Positions 14,356-26,628 of a DNA stretch of 64,000 bases are shown here, one piece after another (within the stretch, counting starts at the first letter, position 1; each line of letters opens with the position of its first letter). The notes below the pieces were generated by a model. The model was not told the origin of the DNA. It saw only the letters and a list, made by a program, of their open reading frames with translations, and did no database searches. The stretch is taken from assembly GCF_006345805.1 (NCBI RefSeq), contig NC_043010.1:2666001-2730000 (forward strand). The letters run 5' to 3'. Position numbers and translations under genes: made by a program. This DNA comes from Octopus sinensis. Taxonomy: Eukaryota.

Positions 14356-14696
14356 ACTGTAATTCCTGTCTAACAACAGATTTTTATTTTTTATTATCTC
14401 CCTTGTCTATCTTGGTAAAGAGTATATGCCCAAATAATTAATATACTTTTCGGTATGTTGTACTTAACACAAATATACAACTGAAATCCTGGAAACTGCA
14501 GCATTTGTCTTGAGAAAGCATCTCATATAGATGTATAGTGTTAACAAACACAGAAAGGTATCCGTCTTGCAGCAGTGATGCAAATAGCAAATTTTTAAAA
14601 TAATATTTTTCCTTTCCTTCACAATGGATACATTGATTTTACATTTATTTTCATTACTTTTCCATAGTTACATGTATAGTAGTAGTAGTAGTAGTA

Positions 14697-15196
14697 GGGG
14701 GGCTATATCTTGGAAATCTGCTGGCCCAATAGTTTCCCTTCATGGCAGAATTAATAGTCAAGACTATTTAAGCATTTTATTTGATCAAATTCATCCTACG
14801 GTTGCGGAACTGTTTCTGGAGGGAAACACAATCTTTCAGGATGATAATGCACCAATTCACACAGCTAAAATTGTTACTGAATGGCATGAGAAACATTCTT
14901 GTGAAGTTGAACATCTTATCTGGCCATCACAGTCCCCAGATCTCAATATTATTGAACATCTATGGTGCATTTTAGAAAAAACAAGTAAGGAGTGGATATC
15001 CTCCACCATCATCACTACAAGAACTGGAGACTGTTTTAGCTGAAGAATGGACAAAAATTCCTTTGGAAACAATTCAAACTTTGTAAGAGTCCATACCGTG
15101 TAGAATTCAAGCAGTAATTACTGCCAAAGGCAGTCCTAACCCATATTAAAATAAATTTGTTCAAAATTTTAAAATGTTTCCATTATCCAACCCCTG
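14697..15196 (+). mobile_element. Tc1-family transposase 3' half (D-36-E spacing) with right TIR
   Basis: GAISWKSAGP...FQDDNAPIH...WPSQSPDLNIIEHLW...ESIPCRIQAVITAKGSP; ends TCCAACCCCTG|TA. Confidence 0.92.
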
Positions 15197-15361
15197 TACA
15201 TATATTCTTTTATTATTTAAATGGTTCAGCTGAAGGCTGTGACCATGCAGTGACACTACCATTAGCATTAATGCTTGTTTATTTTAGACTTGTTTCCTGG
15301 CCCTGTCTTTGAAATCTTTCATGATGAAGAAGATGATTTTGTAAATTTAATGATTTCATAT

Positions 15362-15705
15362 TCTCTTTTACTCTTTTACTTGTTTCAGTCATTTGACTGC
15401 GGCCATGCTGGAGCACCACCTTTAGTCGAGCAAATCAACCCCGGGACTCATTCTTTGTAAGCCCAGTACTTATTCTATCAGTCTCTTTTGCCAAACCGCT
15501 AAGTGATGGGGACGTAAACACACCAGCATCGGTTGTCAAGCAATGCTAGGGGGACAGACACAGACACACAAACACACAAACACACACATTGGTCGGCCCG
15601 GGGCTATAGCAGAAGACACTTGCCCAAGGTGCCACGCAGTGGGACTGAACCTGCAACCATGTGGTTGGTTAGCAAGCTACTTACCACACAGCCACTCCTG
15701 CGCCT
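15362..15705 (-). mobile_element. SINE family A (internally deleted)
   Basis: Near-identical to 27205-27603 but lacking the TTCAGTTTCCGTCTACCAAATCC segment. Confidence 0.92.
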
Positions 15706-16860
15706 CATGCAGTATTTTATATTGTACTAAAGATTTTTACTCTAAAAACAAATAATTGGTTTCTGGATTACCTTCAATTTAACAGACTTTAGACATTAAT
15801 AGACACTCTACCCCCACTAGTAGTCTGTTAAACTGTGGGTTTACTCTCACTGCTTTATTTGTACTATTCTCAGATAGCCAGGCTGCTACAAAGAGTTTGC
15901 AACACCTTTGGGTATTATTTGAATATTTCTGGATAATCTATTTTCTCCATTTCTTTACTTTTGCTCAGAATAGTTTTTTTCACCACTACTCATATAATTC
16001 CTCAAACTTTTCCTTTTAATCACTTTCCCTTTGATAAACATTCTTTTAATAAACTCAGTTATCTTTCAACTTTAAGTATTCTCCTACCTTAGCTAATAAT
16101 CACAATAAGTACAATCTTCCCTTTTCTCTCCTTTCTCTTCATACATATCAAAGGAGGAGCTGTTTGTATATTCCAAATTTATCTTGCTATTTTTCATGAG
16201 TGTTTTTTTTTTTCTCTCTCACCATGATAAGCCATATAAATAATCCATATCAGCTTTTGGTGATTATTTGATTATTTTCTAAAATTAAATCTGGTCTCCT
16301 GTCAGATCGGTTTTATGCATGATAATATTCAAAATTCCAATACGCTTTTTTTCCTAATATTCCAGCATAGTCTTTATATTCCAGCTGGTTCTTTACTACA
16401 CTCAAGCTTTTTCAATCTATCCTACTTGCTTTTTCTAACTACTGCAAGGATTACCTATGAATTTCTTTTATCATTTAAGTGAGTTATTCCCACTGAATAT
16501 TTTATGTCCAGGCAGCATAAGACGAACATTCTCATTGTTTTCCTTGCATAACTTACACAACCTGGCACATCCACCCCTCTTCATACCTTCCACATTGCTA
16601 TTGTTGTTGTTGTCATCATCGACATCATCGTCACTCTACTGTCTCTGTTGCATCCAAAGTTGCCGTCATTGTCAGCGTTGTTGTCATTGTTGCTGCTGGT
16701 TGTAGTGACTTAAAGAATCATTCACACACCAGACAAAATGGTTGGTGGAAATTAGTCTACCTTTACGTTCAAATTCTGCCAAAGTCATCTTCACCTTTCA
16801 TTCTTTTGGTGTCAATAGAATAAGTAACAGTTGAGCACTGGGGTTCATGTAATCATGTAA

Positions 16861-16960
16861 TCAAAATCATCCAACCCATGCTAGCATGGAAAGCAGATGT
16901 TAAACGATGATGATGATGATATATATATTACCTGGAAAAATGCAAACATGAAAAGTAATA
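16861..16960 (+). repeat. Exact 100-bp copy of 18052-18151
   Basis: Base-for-base identical, spanning the RTE tail, (ATG)n/(AT)n and the first ~30 bp of the adjacent MITE; sits at the 3' part of an old SINE B copy (16735-16860). Confidence 0.92.
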
Positions 16961-17311
16961 ATCAAAATTATAGGCCTTATCCCCTAAGTCTGTTATCTTT
17001 AGTTTGTTTCAGTCATTAGACTGCAGCCCTTACTGGGACAGTCCTTTGATGAGCTTAGTTAAACAAATCAACCCCCAGTGCTTATATTTTTACTAAACGA
17101 CTTAGTCTCAGGCATGAGAACAAAGCAACAACAGTTGTCAGTTGGTGGCTGGAGACGATCTTCAATCAGTTACTGTTTACCAAATCCATTCACAAGGCTT
17201 TGGTCACCCTGGGGCTATAAAAGAAGAAATAAGCCCAAAGTGGCAATTAGCATGTCTGAACCTGAAACTATATGGTTGAGAAGCAAACTTCTTACCATAT
17301 CACCACACCCT

Positions 17312-18110
17312 AGCGGTTGAGGGAACCTGTGGAAGACCTGAGATGAAGTGGTGAAGCACGACCTTTGAAATTTAGGCCTCCCAAGGAAATGACTAGTGAC
17401 CAGGACTTTTGGAAATATGCTGTGCTTGAGAAGATCCGGCAAGCCAAATATGACCATAACCTCATGGCCTATGCCAGGGGTGTAACCAGCCCACTTATGC
17501 ATACCTTTCCTTCTTTGGACACTAAACTCTGCTTGCGAAGACCTGTTGAGGCAAGTAAAATCAAAATCAAAATCGATGACTGGCATCAGTGCTAGCAGGA
17601 TGTAAAGAGCACCATACGAGTGTGATCATTGACAGAGCGGCTAACCAGCTTCCGTGCCAGTGGCACATAAAAGGCACCATTCGAGTGTGATCATTACCAG
17701 CGTCGCCTTACTGGCACTTGTGCCCATGCTAGTGGGGTGTCAAGAGCACCATCCAAGCGTGATCGTTGCCAGAGCGACTAACTGGCTTCCATGCTGGTGG
17801 CACATAAAAGGCACAATTCAAGCGTGATCGTTACCAGCGTCACCTTACTGGCACCTGTGCCAGTGGCATGTGCAAAAAGATTCGAGCGAGGTCGTTGCCA
17901 GTACCACCTGACTGGCCCTCATGCTGGTGGCACGTAAAAAGCATCCACTACACTCTCGGAGTGATTGGCATTAGGAAGGGCATCCAGCTGTAGAAACTCT
18001 GCCAGATCAACATTGGAGCCTGGTGCAGCCATCTGGTTCGCCAGCCCTCAGTCAAAATCATCCAACCCATGCTAGCATGGAAAGCAGATGTTAAACGATG
18101 ATGATGATGA
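17312..18110 (+). mobile_element. RTE-clade LINE 3' portion: ORF2 C-terminus, repeat-containing 3' UTR, (ATG)n tail
   Basis: DEVVKHDL*NLGLPKEMTSDQDFWKYAVLEKIRQAK fits the RTE terminal motif and is contiguous with the family D sequence. Confidence 0.85.
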
Positions 18111-18121
18111 TATATATATTA

Positions 18122-18650
18122 CCTGGAAAAATGCAAACATGAAAAGTAATACTTTTAAGATTATAAACATAGAAAAGTACAGGACAAATTATTACACCTG
18201 GAAAAGTATAGGACAAGCTATTACTAGAAAGTAAAGAATAAGAAACTTTTTACTTAAAATATTGCAGCAAAGAATGCCAGTTCTTCTAATTTATCACTCT
18301 TTGCAGTTCTCATCTTTTAAATTTATTATACAAAACTGTTCAGCTAATTTGTAAGTTTGTCTAATGAGTTACTTTTTTCTATATTTAAGGTAGTAAATTA
18401 GCCAAATTCTACTTAAATAAGTATAGTGTTATTTGTAAACTATGATAAAATAATTTTTAATATTCAAATTTTAATTTTAGCTGCAATATTTTAAGTAAAA
18501 AGTTTCTTATTCTTTACTTTACTAGAAGTAATAGTTTGTCCTATACTTTTCCAGGTGTAACAACTTGTTCTATACTTTTCCTGGTTTATAATCTTAAGAA
18601 TATTACTTTGCATGCTAGCATTTTCCCATGTAATCCATAATTTTTCCAGG
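18122..18650. mobile_element. MITE with ~165-bp TIRs and TA TSD
   Basis: TA|CCTGGAAAAA...TTTTTCCAGG|TA; arms ~18122-18287 and ~18480-18650 with subterminal CCTGGAAAAGTATAGGACAA repeats. Confidence 0.82.
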
Positions 18651-19944
18651 TATTGCTATTATAAGATAATAACGTGTCAATTAATAATTTAAGATTTTAC
18701 CTTATAAAATACTGAAAGATAATATTTCAATTTTTCCAAGTAAGTGATGATATCTCAATTTTTTTTAATGTTTAATTTAAATATATATTGTAATTGAATT
18801 ATTTGATATTACCTATCCACACCAAATTAATGGCAGGGATTTTTACCATGTTGTTGGTTGCACCATGGCTCACCAAAAGTTACAAACAACATGACCCCAA
18901 AACCATCAGTTACCAGACTCACCTTAAGTACCTGAGATTTTTAGTTGGTGATAATAGCAATGACTGCTGCTAATCTAGATCTATCAATAATTATTTAATA
19001 CAACAGTAATTATGACAGCATATCAGATAAGAATAATTTCAAAATAAAAATAGCTATTGGCAAATTTTTTAAGAACATACTATAGCAACAAGCTTAGTAA
19101 GAAGAGAGAGAGAATGAAAAGTGAAGAATAAGAGCAATTATAACAAAAAAAAGAGCAATTACAATTATAACTAAACCTATTAACAATTTGCAATTTGGTT
19201 GAGAACTGAATTAGTGGTAAAGCTTGGAAGCTACTGCAATTGACGAAATAGTGGACTTAAGAATATATTCAACCACATGTATTTATAAAAAAATTACAAC
19301 AAAAACACACCAAAAAATAGAATGTAAACTTTCGTGTTAGAAATTTATTCAATTTGATGTACAGATTTTTTAATTAATTTTTTTTAACTAAACAATTTGA
19401 AACTTCAGATACTTGTAGAATGTGTCAGATAGAACAGGGTTTACTCTTAACGTTTTTGACAAAATTTTGTATTTTAGAAGTTATTTCATGTTAAAGTTGT
19501 TGTATTTTAACCAATCAATGATGTGTATTCAGCTGAAGAAAATTACTGCTGCTGTTTGTGAACAACTTCTGGGTCTATTGACAAAACAATGAGTCTTCGA
19601 CAACCGAAAAGTTTTAACTGAAAATCTCCCCTAACAAAACCCTTCTTTAATGACCAGAGATGTTTTTATAGCAACAGATATGAGAATGTGTCCATCTACC
19701 TATCTATTTATATAATATCAACAATTGAGGGTAAAATTAATTAATTAATCAATTTCACCAAGTGTTCAGTATGTAAAAGGACCATTTAAGGCGAATTCAA
19801 AATTTTACATTATATAATTAGGGCTTAGTAAAATAAATTACTTTGCCACATACTGAACTTAGTAGAAATAGCAGCCAAAAAATTTTTTCTTAGCATTTCT
19901 ACTACTTAAAGAAAATTTATATATATACACACATTATGATCTCC

Positions 19945-20201
19945 ATGTGTCTAACACACGTGGACATGCCTACAAAGTCAGAAAACAATACAGCTCCCAT
20001 GACTTTCGGAAACATTTTTCACGCTCAGAGTTGCTGAAGCATGGAATAAACTGCCTGCGTCAGTTGTTGACTGCCATGACACTGCATCTTTTAAGGCCCT
20101 CATGCTTTCCGAAATCCGCCGAAACTACACCTGATTATATATACACTTTAGATGAGTTGTAGTGCACCTGAGCACTGTACACAATTATTATTATTATTAT
20201 A
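19945..20201 (+). mobile_element. CR1-clade LINE 3' end
   Basis: NTRGHAYKVRKQ...FRKHF..RVAEAWNKLPASVV...SFK (one frameshift) followed by a (TTA)n tail. Confidence 0.88.
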
Positions 20202-20536
20202 ATAGGTAGAAGTTACAGAGTGACAATGTCTAAATTCATGTTTGATAAGTGCCAATACACAAAACTCTCAGTTTTTGACTTACTCTCTAACTTCTGCCAA
20301 TGATATATATGTGTATGTGTGTGTGTGTGTGTAAAAAAAAATCTCATCATGCAATCAAACCAATGAAAGAGCCTCTACCTGGTTGCTCGACATGCTAAAA
20401 ATAGCAGCCAAAATATCCCCTTACCTAAATCACTGCACATTAAAGTCCTACATTATCCCTAAAAAGACAGTTTGCTGAAGGCTGGAATGTCTTTGATGAT
20501 AGGTTTGCTGTATCAGGGTTATCTGATGCTAAATAG

Positions 20537-20572
<36 letters not shown>

Positions 20573-20707
20573 TAAATTAGAGACAAAACCACTATTAGGC
20601 AAATCAAACAATGAAAGACTTAAGCCAATATATATATATATATATAATATATATATATATTATATATACATCTATATATATGTGTGTGTGTACATAAATA
20701 TTATTTA

Positions 20708-20876
20708 TCATCATCATCATCGTTTAACGTCCGTTATCCGCGCTAGCACGGGTTGGACGGTTCGACCAGGGTCTGGGAAGCCAGGGGCTGCACCAGGCTC
20801 CAGTCTGATCTGGCAGTGTTTCTACAGCTGGATGCCCTTCCTAACGTCAACCACTCTGCGAGTGTAGTGGGTGCTT
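20708..20876 (-). mobile_element. RTE 3' end (family D)
   Basis: (CAT)n-CGTTTAACGTCC...GCTGGATGCCCTTCCTAACG. Confidence 0.88.
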
Positions 20877-22129
20877 ATATATATATATATATACACACAC
20901 ACTCACACATGCACACACTTGTGTATGTATACTGTGATCAAACAGACTCCAGTGACTTCAATGAGGCTGGTGCAGTTCTACATTAGCAAGACATATACCA
21001 AGTAGTAAAACTGATAAAGAAAAGTACAATGAACTTAGTAGAAAATCTGTGTGTTTGAGAGAGAGAGAGAGAGACAGACAGAGACAGTGTATGTATATGT
21101 TTGTTTCCTTGCTTCAACATCATGTGATATTTGTAAATGATTGACACTGTCACACAAGCAATGTCATTTATTTCCAAAATCCTGTTATAAAACATGTCTG
21201 ATCATAGAGATATATTTGCTCACCTGGAAACAGGCAAGGGTTGGCGAGAAGAAGGACACCTAGTTTGTAGAAAATCTACCTTATAATCTACCCAATTCAT
21301 GCAACGATGGGTGAAGAGTGGATGTTAAAGCAACGATAAGGCCTTGGGGTTGCACTCAGCTTCCCAGCTGATAGGAGCAGAGGGACCAATGTAAGAGACA
21401 TTGAGAGAATACAGAGAGTCAGGTGTACCTAGCGGTTACAACAGAAGATTTGTCTAACAGTCTGTCAGACAGATGGTCTTACTTCTCTTGAGTAAACAAC
21501 TGGCCTTTTGCCAAGGCAAATAATAATAATAATAATAATAATAAATACATAAATAAATGAATGAATCACAAAAATCAATAACTAACAATATCAGATATAT
21601 TTTGTTAAACAACATAATGTTTCTGATTACATCCATTATATTTAGACTTAATCATTATACATTTGTTTCATGTTTTTCATTTTACTATATAATAATTGTT
21701 AATATGTTTTTGTTTTTATTTCTTATCTATATTTTATTTTTTATATATTAACTATCCTCGTTACGTTTTTACCTTTTTTTATTTTTTTCTAATTTACTGT
21801 GATATCACTGTTTACTTTGACCAATAAAATTATAATAACTCATCCACTCCTGCCCCTGTCAACTTAATGTCTGCCAGAAATAAAAAAAAAAAATGTAGGT
21901 ATACATATATAAAAAAGAAATTAACAAAACAATTATTGAAAACTGTTTCAATATTTATGATTATTTTGCACTCAATTGTGATTTGATCGGTTGAACTATA
22001 TCTGGAACGACCAGAATATATTTCCTTACTACTCAAATACTATAACAGAATGCAAAAACACTTAACTGATAATATAATGCATACACACACACACATACAT
22101 ACAATAGTAGGCTTATACACACACGTATA

Positions 22130-22547
22130 TGTATGCTTATATATGTATGCACATGTATGTGTGTGTATTTATATAATATATATAACAATATTTCTATGTA
22201 TGTATGTATAGATATATGCATATGTATATATATATATATGTATATATGTGTGTGTGTTTGTATATATATGTATATATGTGTGTGTGTTTGTATATATATG
22301 TATATATGTGTGTGTGTTCATATATATATATATGTGTGTATGTGTGTGTTTATAGATATATATATGTGCATGTGTGTTTATATATATATATATGTGTGTG
22401 TGTGTTTATATATATATATATGTGTGTGTGTGTTTATATATATATATATGTGTGTGTGTGTTTATATATATATATATGTGTGTGTGTGTGTTTATATATA
22501 TATATGCATATATATATATACATATATATATACATATATATATATGC

Positions 22548-22581
<34 letters not shown>

Positions 22582-22705
22582 TTATATATATATATATATG
22601 CATATATATATATACACATATATGTGCATATATATATATGTGTGTGTGTGTGTGTTTATATATATATATATATGCATATATATATATATATACACATATA
22701 TGTGC

Positions 22706-22737
<32 letters not shown>

Positions 22738-22866
22738 TATGCATATATATATATACACATATATATATACATATATATATATGCATATATATATACATAT
22801 GTGTGTGTGTGTGTGTGTTTTATATATATATATATATATATATGCATATATATATATACACATATA

Positions 22867-22930
<64 letters not shown>

Positions 22931-22975
22931 CAGACTGTCATATGTGTGTGTGTGTGTGTGCGTGTGTGTGGTTGT
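22130..22975. repeat. Compound higher-order (AT)n/(GT)n microsatellite
   Basis: Alternating TATATA/GTGTGT blocks of ~26-30 bp; source of the 293-aa pseudo-ORF. Confidence 0.95.
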
Positions 22976-23336
22976 GTCTATATTTACATAAATACAAGCA
23001 TACGCATTGAATAGTATGTGTATTTAAATAACAATTTTTTTCATGGTTGGTGTTCAGTAGCATCAAGTGGTCTTTACACAAAAGACAATGTGACTGACCG
23101 AGTCTAAGTGAAACCATTTACCAATAAATATGGTATTTGAACACACAGAGATAGAATTACAGATACATTAACTAAATATACAACTAGATAATTCATTGTC
23201 ATATATTCAGAACTGTAAACAGATGATACAGAAACATTGCCGTAAATGTTAAACTAATTCAACAAACACAGTTTATAGACACTTGATGGATGTTTTATGG
23301 CTCCATCTATATGTATGTATGTATGTATGTATGTGA

Positions 23337-23393
<57 letters not shown>

Positions 23394-23394
23394 A

Positions 23395-23583
23395 TGTGAC
23401 CTCGTGAGTACCGCTGCCGATTTTTTTTTCTGTCTTCCCTTCTCTGGATCTTTTCTTCTCCTATGTTTCCGACGAAGAGCTCCGCTCGAAACGTTAAACC
23501 CTCCTTCTTCCCTTCTTTCCTGAGCGTCCAATAATACTTTATTTGTTCCACGTCCACGCGTTGTTGTGTTTTTTTCTTTGGAT

Positions 23584-23590
<7 letters not shown>
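23395..23590 (+). mobile_element. Penelope-like terminal (pLTR) fragment
   Basis: Contains GACGAAGAGCTCCGCTCGAAACGTT, the ..GA.GAAG...CGAAAC signature typical of PLE termini; related to 51610-51810. Confidence 0.6.
23465..23499 (+). ncRNA. Minimal type-I hammerhead-like ribozyme (U4C core variant)
   Basis: GUUU-CCGACGA-A-GAGC(UCC)GCUC-GAAAC-GUU-AAAC: stem I GUUU/AAAC, stem II GAGC/GCUC, palindromic ACGU stem III. Confidence 0.5.
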
Positions 23591-23637
<47 letters not shown>

Positions 23638-24741
23638 TACATACATATACAAATGTATGCATATATATCTATATATGTGAATGTGTGTGGGTGTGTGTGT
23701 GTACAGTTGTGGACTGGCCAGGTTGCCAGCTTGCCTGATGGTAAGTGGGCCTCTGCGCCATTAGAATCCATATATGGGGGCCCATGTTAGTATCTAAGGG
23801 ACCCATCCCCTCAAGTTTGAGAAATTTGTTTTTATTCACACCTGGAAGAATGCATTAATTACTTCAGCCTGGCTGTGCTTGTAGACAGGTGAAAAGAATA
23901 CTTCTAACAAAAAAAAAACATTTAATGACAGCATTGTAGTTGCAGGTGGCCCCCTTGTAGTTTTGGGTGGGCCCCCTCAGTCTCCTGACAACCAATATTT
24001 TTAGACCCAGTCCACCATTGTGTGTATGTATGTGTGTGTGTGTGTGTATTACATATATCTATATTTATCTATCTATCTATATCTATATATATGTTTGTGT
24101 GTATGTGTATTTATATATGTGTAACTATCATCGTTGTCATCATCATTCTATGTTCATTTATCCCTGCTGGGATACTGGATGCATTTCATATCTCATCACT
24201 TGCTGCAGTCCTTCATCATCTGCTACAAACAACAATGATGGGGTGGTGCAACTTTCAAGCTCTTAAAGAGAGTAGGAGAGAAAGAGGCTGAGAAAAAAAG
24301 AAAGAGAGGAGAAAGAATGTGAGAGAGGGAAACGGAGACAGAGAGAATGAGAATAAGTTTAAAAACTGAGAGATAATCGACTGGTTGATTAACTCAACCA
24401 TGGATAATGTCCTGGACATCCAGCAGAGCAGACGACAGTTTGTATCCGGTCACTCCCTAGCAATTCATATATTTTATGTCCCTGTCCATGTCACTTATCT
24501 CTCGATGGCCAAGTTCATCTAGCTCTAATTAGATGCTATTGGCAGTGCTATGGATTTGAGGAGTGGATTTCTATAATCATGTGACACAGATGTGGGTGTG
24601 TTTTCAAGAAGCCTGCTTCCCAAACATGCAATCTCGAGTTCAATCCCACACTGCAGCAACTTGTGCAGGTGTCTTAATATTGCTGCAGGCCAACCAAAGC
24701 TTTGTGAGAAGATTTGTTTAGATGGAAACTAAAAGCACATC

Positions 24742-24781
<40 letters not shown>

Positions 24782-24849
24782 GTATATATACATATATATA
24801 TATCACGTGATATATATATATAGTGAACTACAAAAGAAATGTAGTTTTA

Positions 24850-25400
24850 TGCTTTAGGAATGGTCACTTGTCGCTTGAAGACCAACCTCATTCAAGGCAT
24901 CCATCAACCTCCTGAATAAATGAAGACATCATGAGAATTCATGAACTGATCTTGGGGGACCATCACTGAACAATTGACAAACTTGTTGATATGGCTGGTG
25001 TGCCTCGGAGCTCCTGCTGAAGAATTTTGAACAAAGAATTGTGAACGAAAAGAGTTGCAGCAAAATTTGTGCCTCACTTGCTCACGGAAGATCACAAGTA
25101 GTCATGACTGAATGTGTGTCGTGAATTGAAAGAACAGTTAGAAATTGATCTGGAGCTTTTTTTCAAAGGTCATCACTGGTGACAAAAGCTTGCGCTACAG
25201 AATTTGCAGATGTGGAAGACGTGAAAAAAAAAATGACGCCGGCGTTAAAAAGCATCACTTTGCAAGAGTTCCTGCATTGCTTCAAACAGTGAAAAATGCA
25301 TCTGGACCAATGCATTGCTTCAAATGGAAAATACTTTGAAGGTGATGAAAGAATAAAATAATATTGCAAAATTCCAGTTTCTTTTGGGTACCTCTTCCTA
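24850..25400 (+). mobile_element. Internally deleted mariner remnant
   Basis: SLEDQP, RVAAKFVPHLLTEDH, FSKVITGDKS then jumps to RFADVEDVKKK...LDQCIASNGKYFEGD. Confidence 0.88.
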
Positions 25401-25511
25401 TGTGTATATATATGTGTGTGTGTATATGTATGTATACATATATATATATAAGTTCAGCTAAATTTAGATTCAGATGAATATACATACATACATATATTTT
25501 CTTTTTTTTTG

Positions 25512-25803
25512 CGACCAGGCTATCAGATGTTGTTACACATCGCTGGTCACAATGCGCTTTGCATTGTTTTAGCTTTCAAATGACGCCACCCCGCTGGCTA
25601 AGCGAGCAGGCCAACAGAAGAAAGAGTGAGAGAAAGTTGTGGCGAAAGAGTACAGCAGGGATCGCCACCTTCCCCTGCCGGAGCCTCGTGGAGCTTTAGG
25701 TGTTTTCGCTCAATAAACACTCACAACGCCCGGTCTGGGAATCGAAACCGCGATCCTACGACCGCGAGTCCGCTGCCCTAACCACTGGGCCATTGCGCCT
25801 CCA
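25512..25803 (-). mobile_element. tRNA-headed SINE, family C
   Basis: Head GGAGGCGCAATGGCCCAGTGGTTAGG (A box) and GTTTCGATTCC (B box); flanked by ACATACATACATATAT on both sides. Confidence 0.93.
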
Positions 25804-26115
25804 CACATACATACATATATGTGTATGTATATGTGTGTGTGTGTGTATCATTATCATCATCATCATCATTTGATGCCTTTTGTCTTCATGTTGGCATGGG
25901 TTGAATGCTTTAACAGGAGCAGATGAGCCAGAGGGCTCCACCAGGCTGTATATCTATCTATATATATATTAAGGTGGTATATAGATTCTATGTATTAAGG
26001 AAAAGGGTAGAGTCAGAATTTTGGATAATTATTTATTTAGCACTTTCATGTCCTTTTGAAAGATTCATCATGCATGAGCCATTTATAGAATATTTATGCC
26101 TTTTATATATATATA

Positions 26116-26628
26116 CTAGCAGTATCGCCCGGCGTTGCTCGGGCTTGTAAGGGAAATAACTATATAAGCATTTTTAGAGAGTTACTTCCCTTATAGATGC
26201 CAATTCGGGCTTTCTTAGCCATTTCTGTTTTGGTGTCTTCAAGCCATGAAGTCGTTGTTCTAAAAGAACGCTGGTCTCCTTGACAACGCTTTACGACGTT
26301 GATTTCCTTACACTCCCTTCCCCACAGCTTCACGAGGGAGGGAAGAAGGGGGAGAAGCAAACAGGTGCAGGTGTGACCATGGACACCAACTCCGCCGCCA
26401 TCGACACACGAAAAATTATGCATTAAAATGGAATAAAAAATGATGTTAAATTATTTTTAAAATCGTAGACTCATCATTGACGCGCGCTAATAGCCAGACA
26501 GGCTCAATATGAATCACGACTATAAGATACCCGGTTTTGGTTACACTGCACCGCAAAATGTGGGAGGAGTTAGGAATCTAAATCGAAGGGGACAGACACT
26601 CACACAACTACAGTTTTATATATATAGA
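26116..26628 (-). mobile_element. Non-autonomous Helitron
   Basis: Minus strand A|TCTATATATATAAAAC...CCCGAGCAACGCCGGG (hairpin)-CGATACTG-CTAG|T: canonical 5'-TC, 3'-CTRR, inserted between A and T. Confidence 0.88.

Noticed and set aside
17588-17945. Hairpin repeats resembling a CRISPR array
   Set aside because: Inter-hairpin sequences are homologous to each other and the array lies within a LINE 3' UTR.
18915-18975. Strong AAG|GTGAGT donors on the minus strand (also ~33229)
   Set aside because: Such hexamers are expected by chance many times in 64 kb; acceptors weak or frames closed.
22133-23014. 293-aa ORF and other long I/Y/C/V/H/T ORFs (also 33331-34266, 58458-59103, 6679-7314, 7758-8133)
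   Set aside because: Stop-free translations of AT/GT/ATGT microsatellites.
25730-25803. tRNA gene (also heads at 35101, 41586, 28211)
   Set aside because: A/B boxes present but no complete acceptor stem; continues into a multi-copy SINE body.
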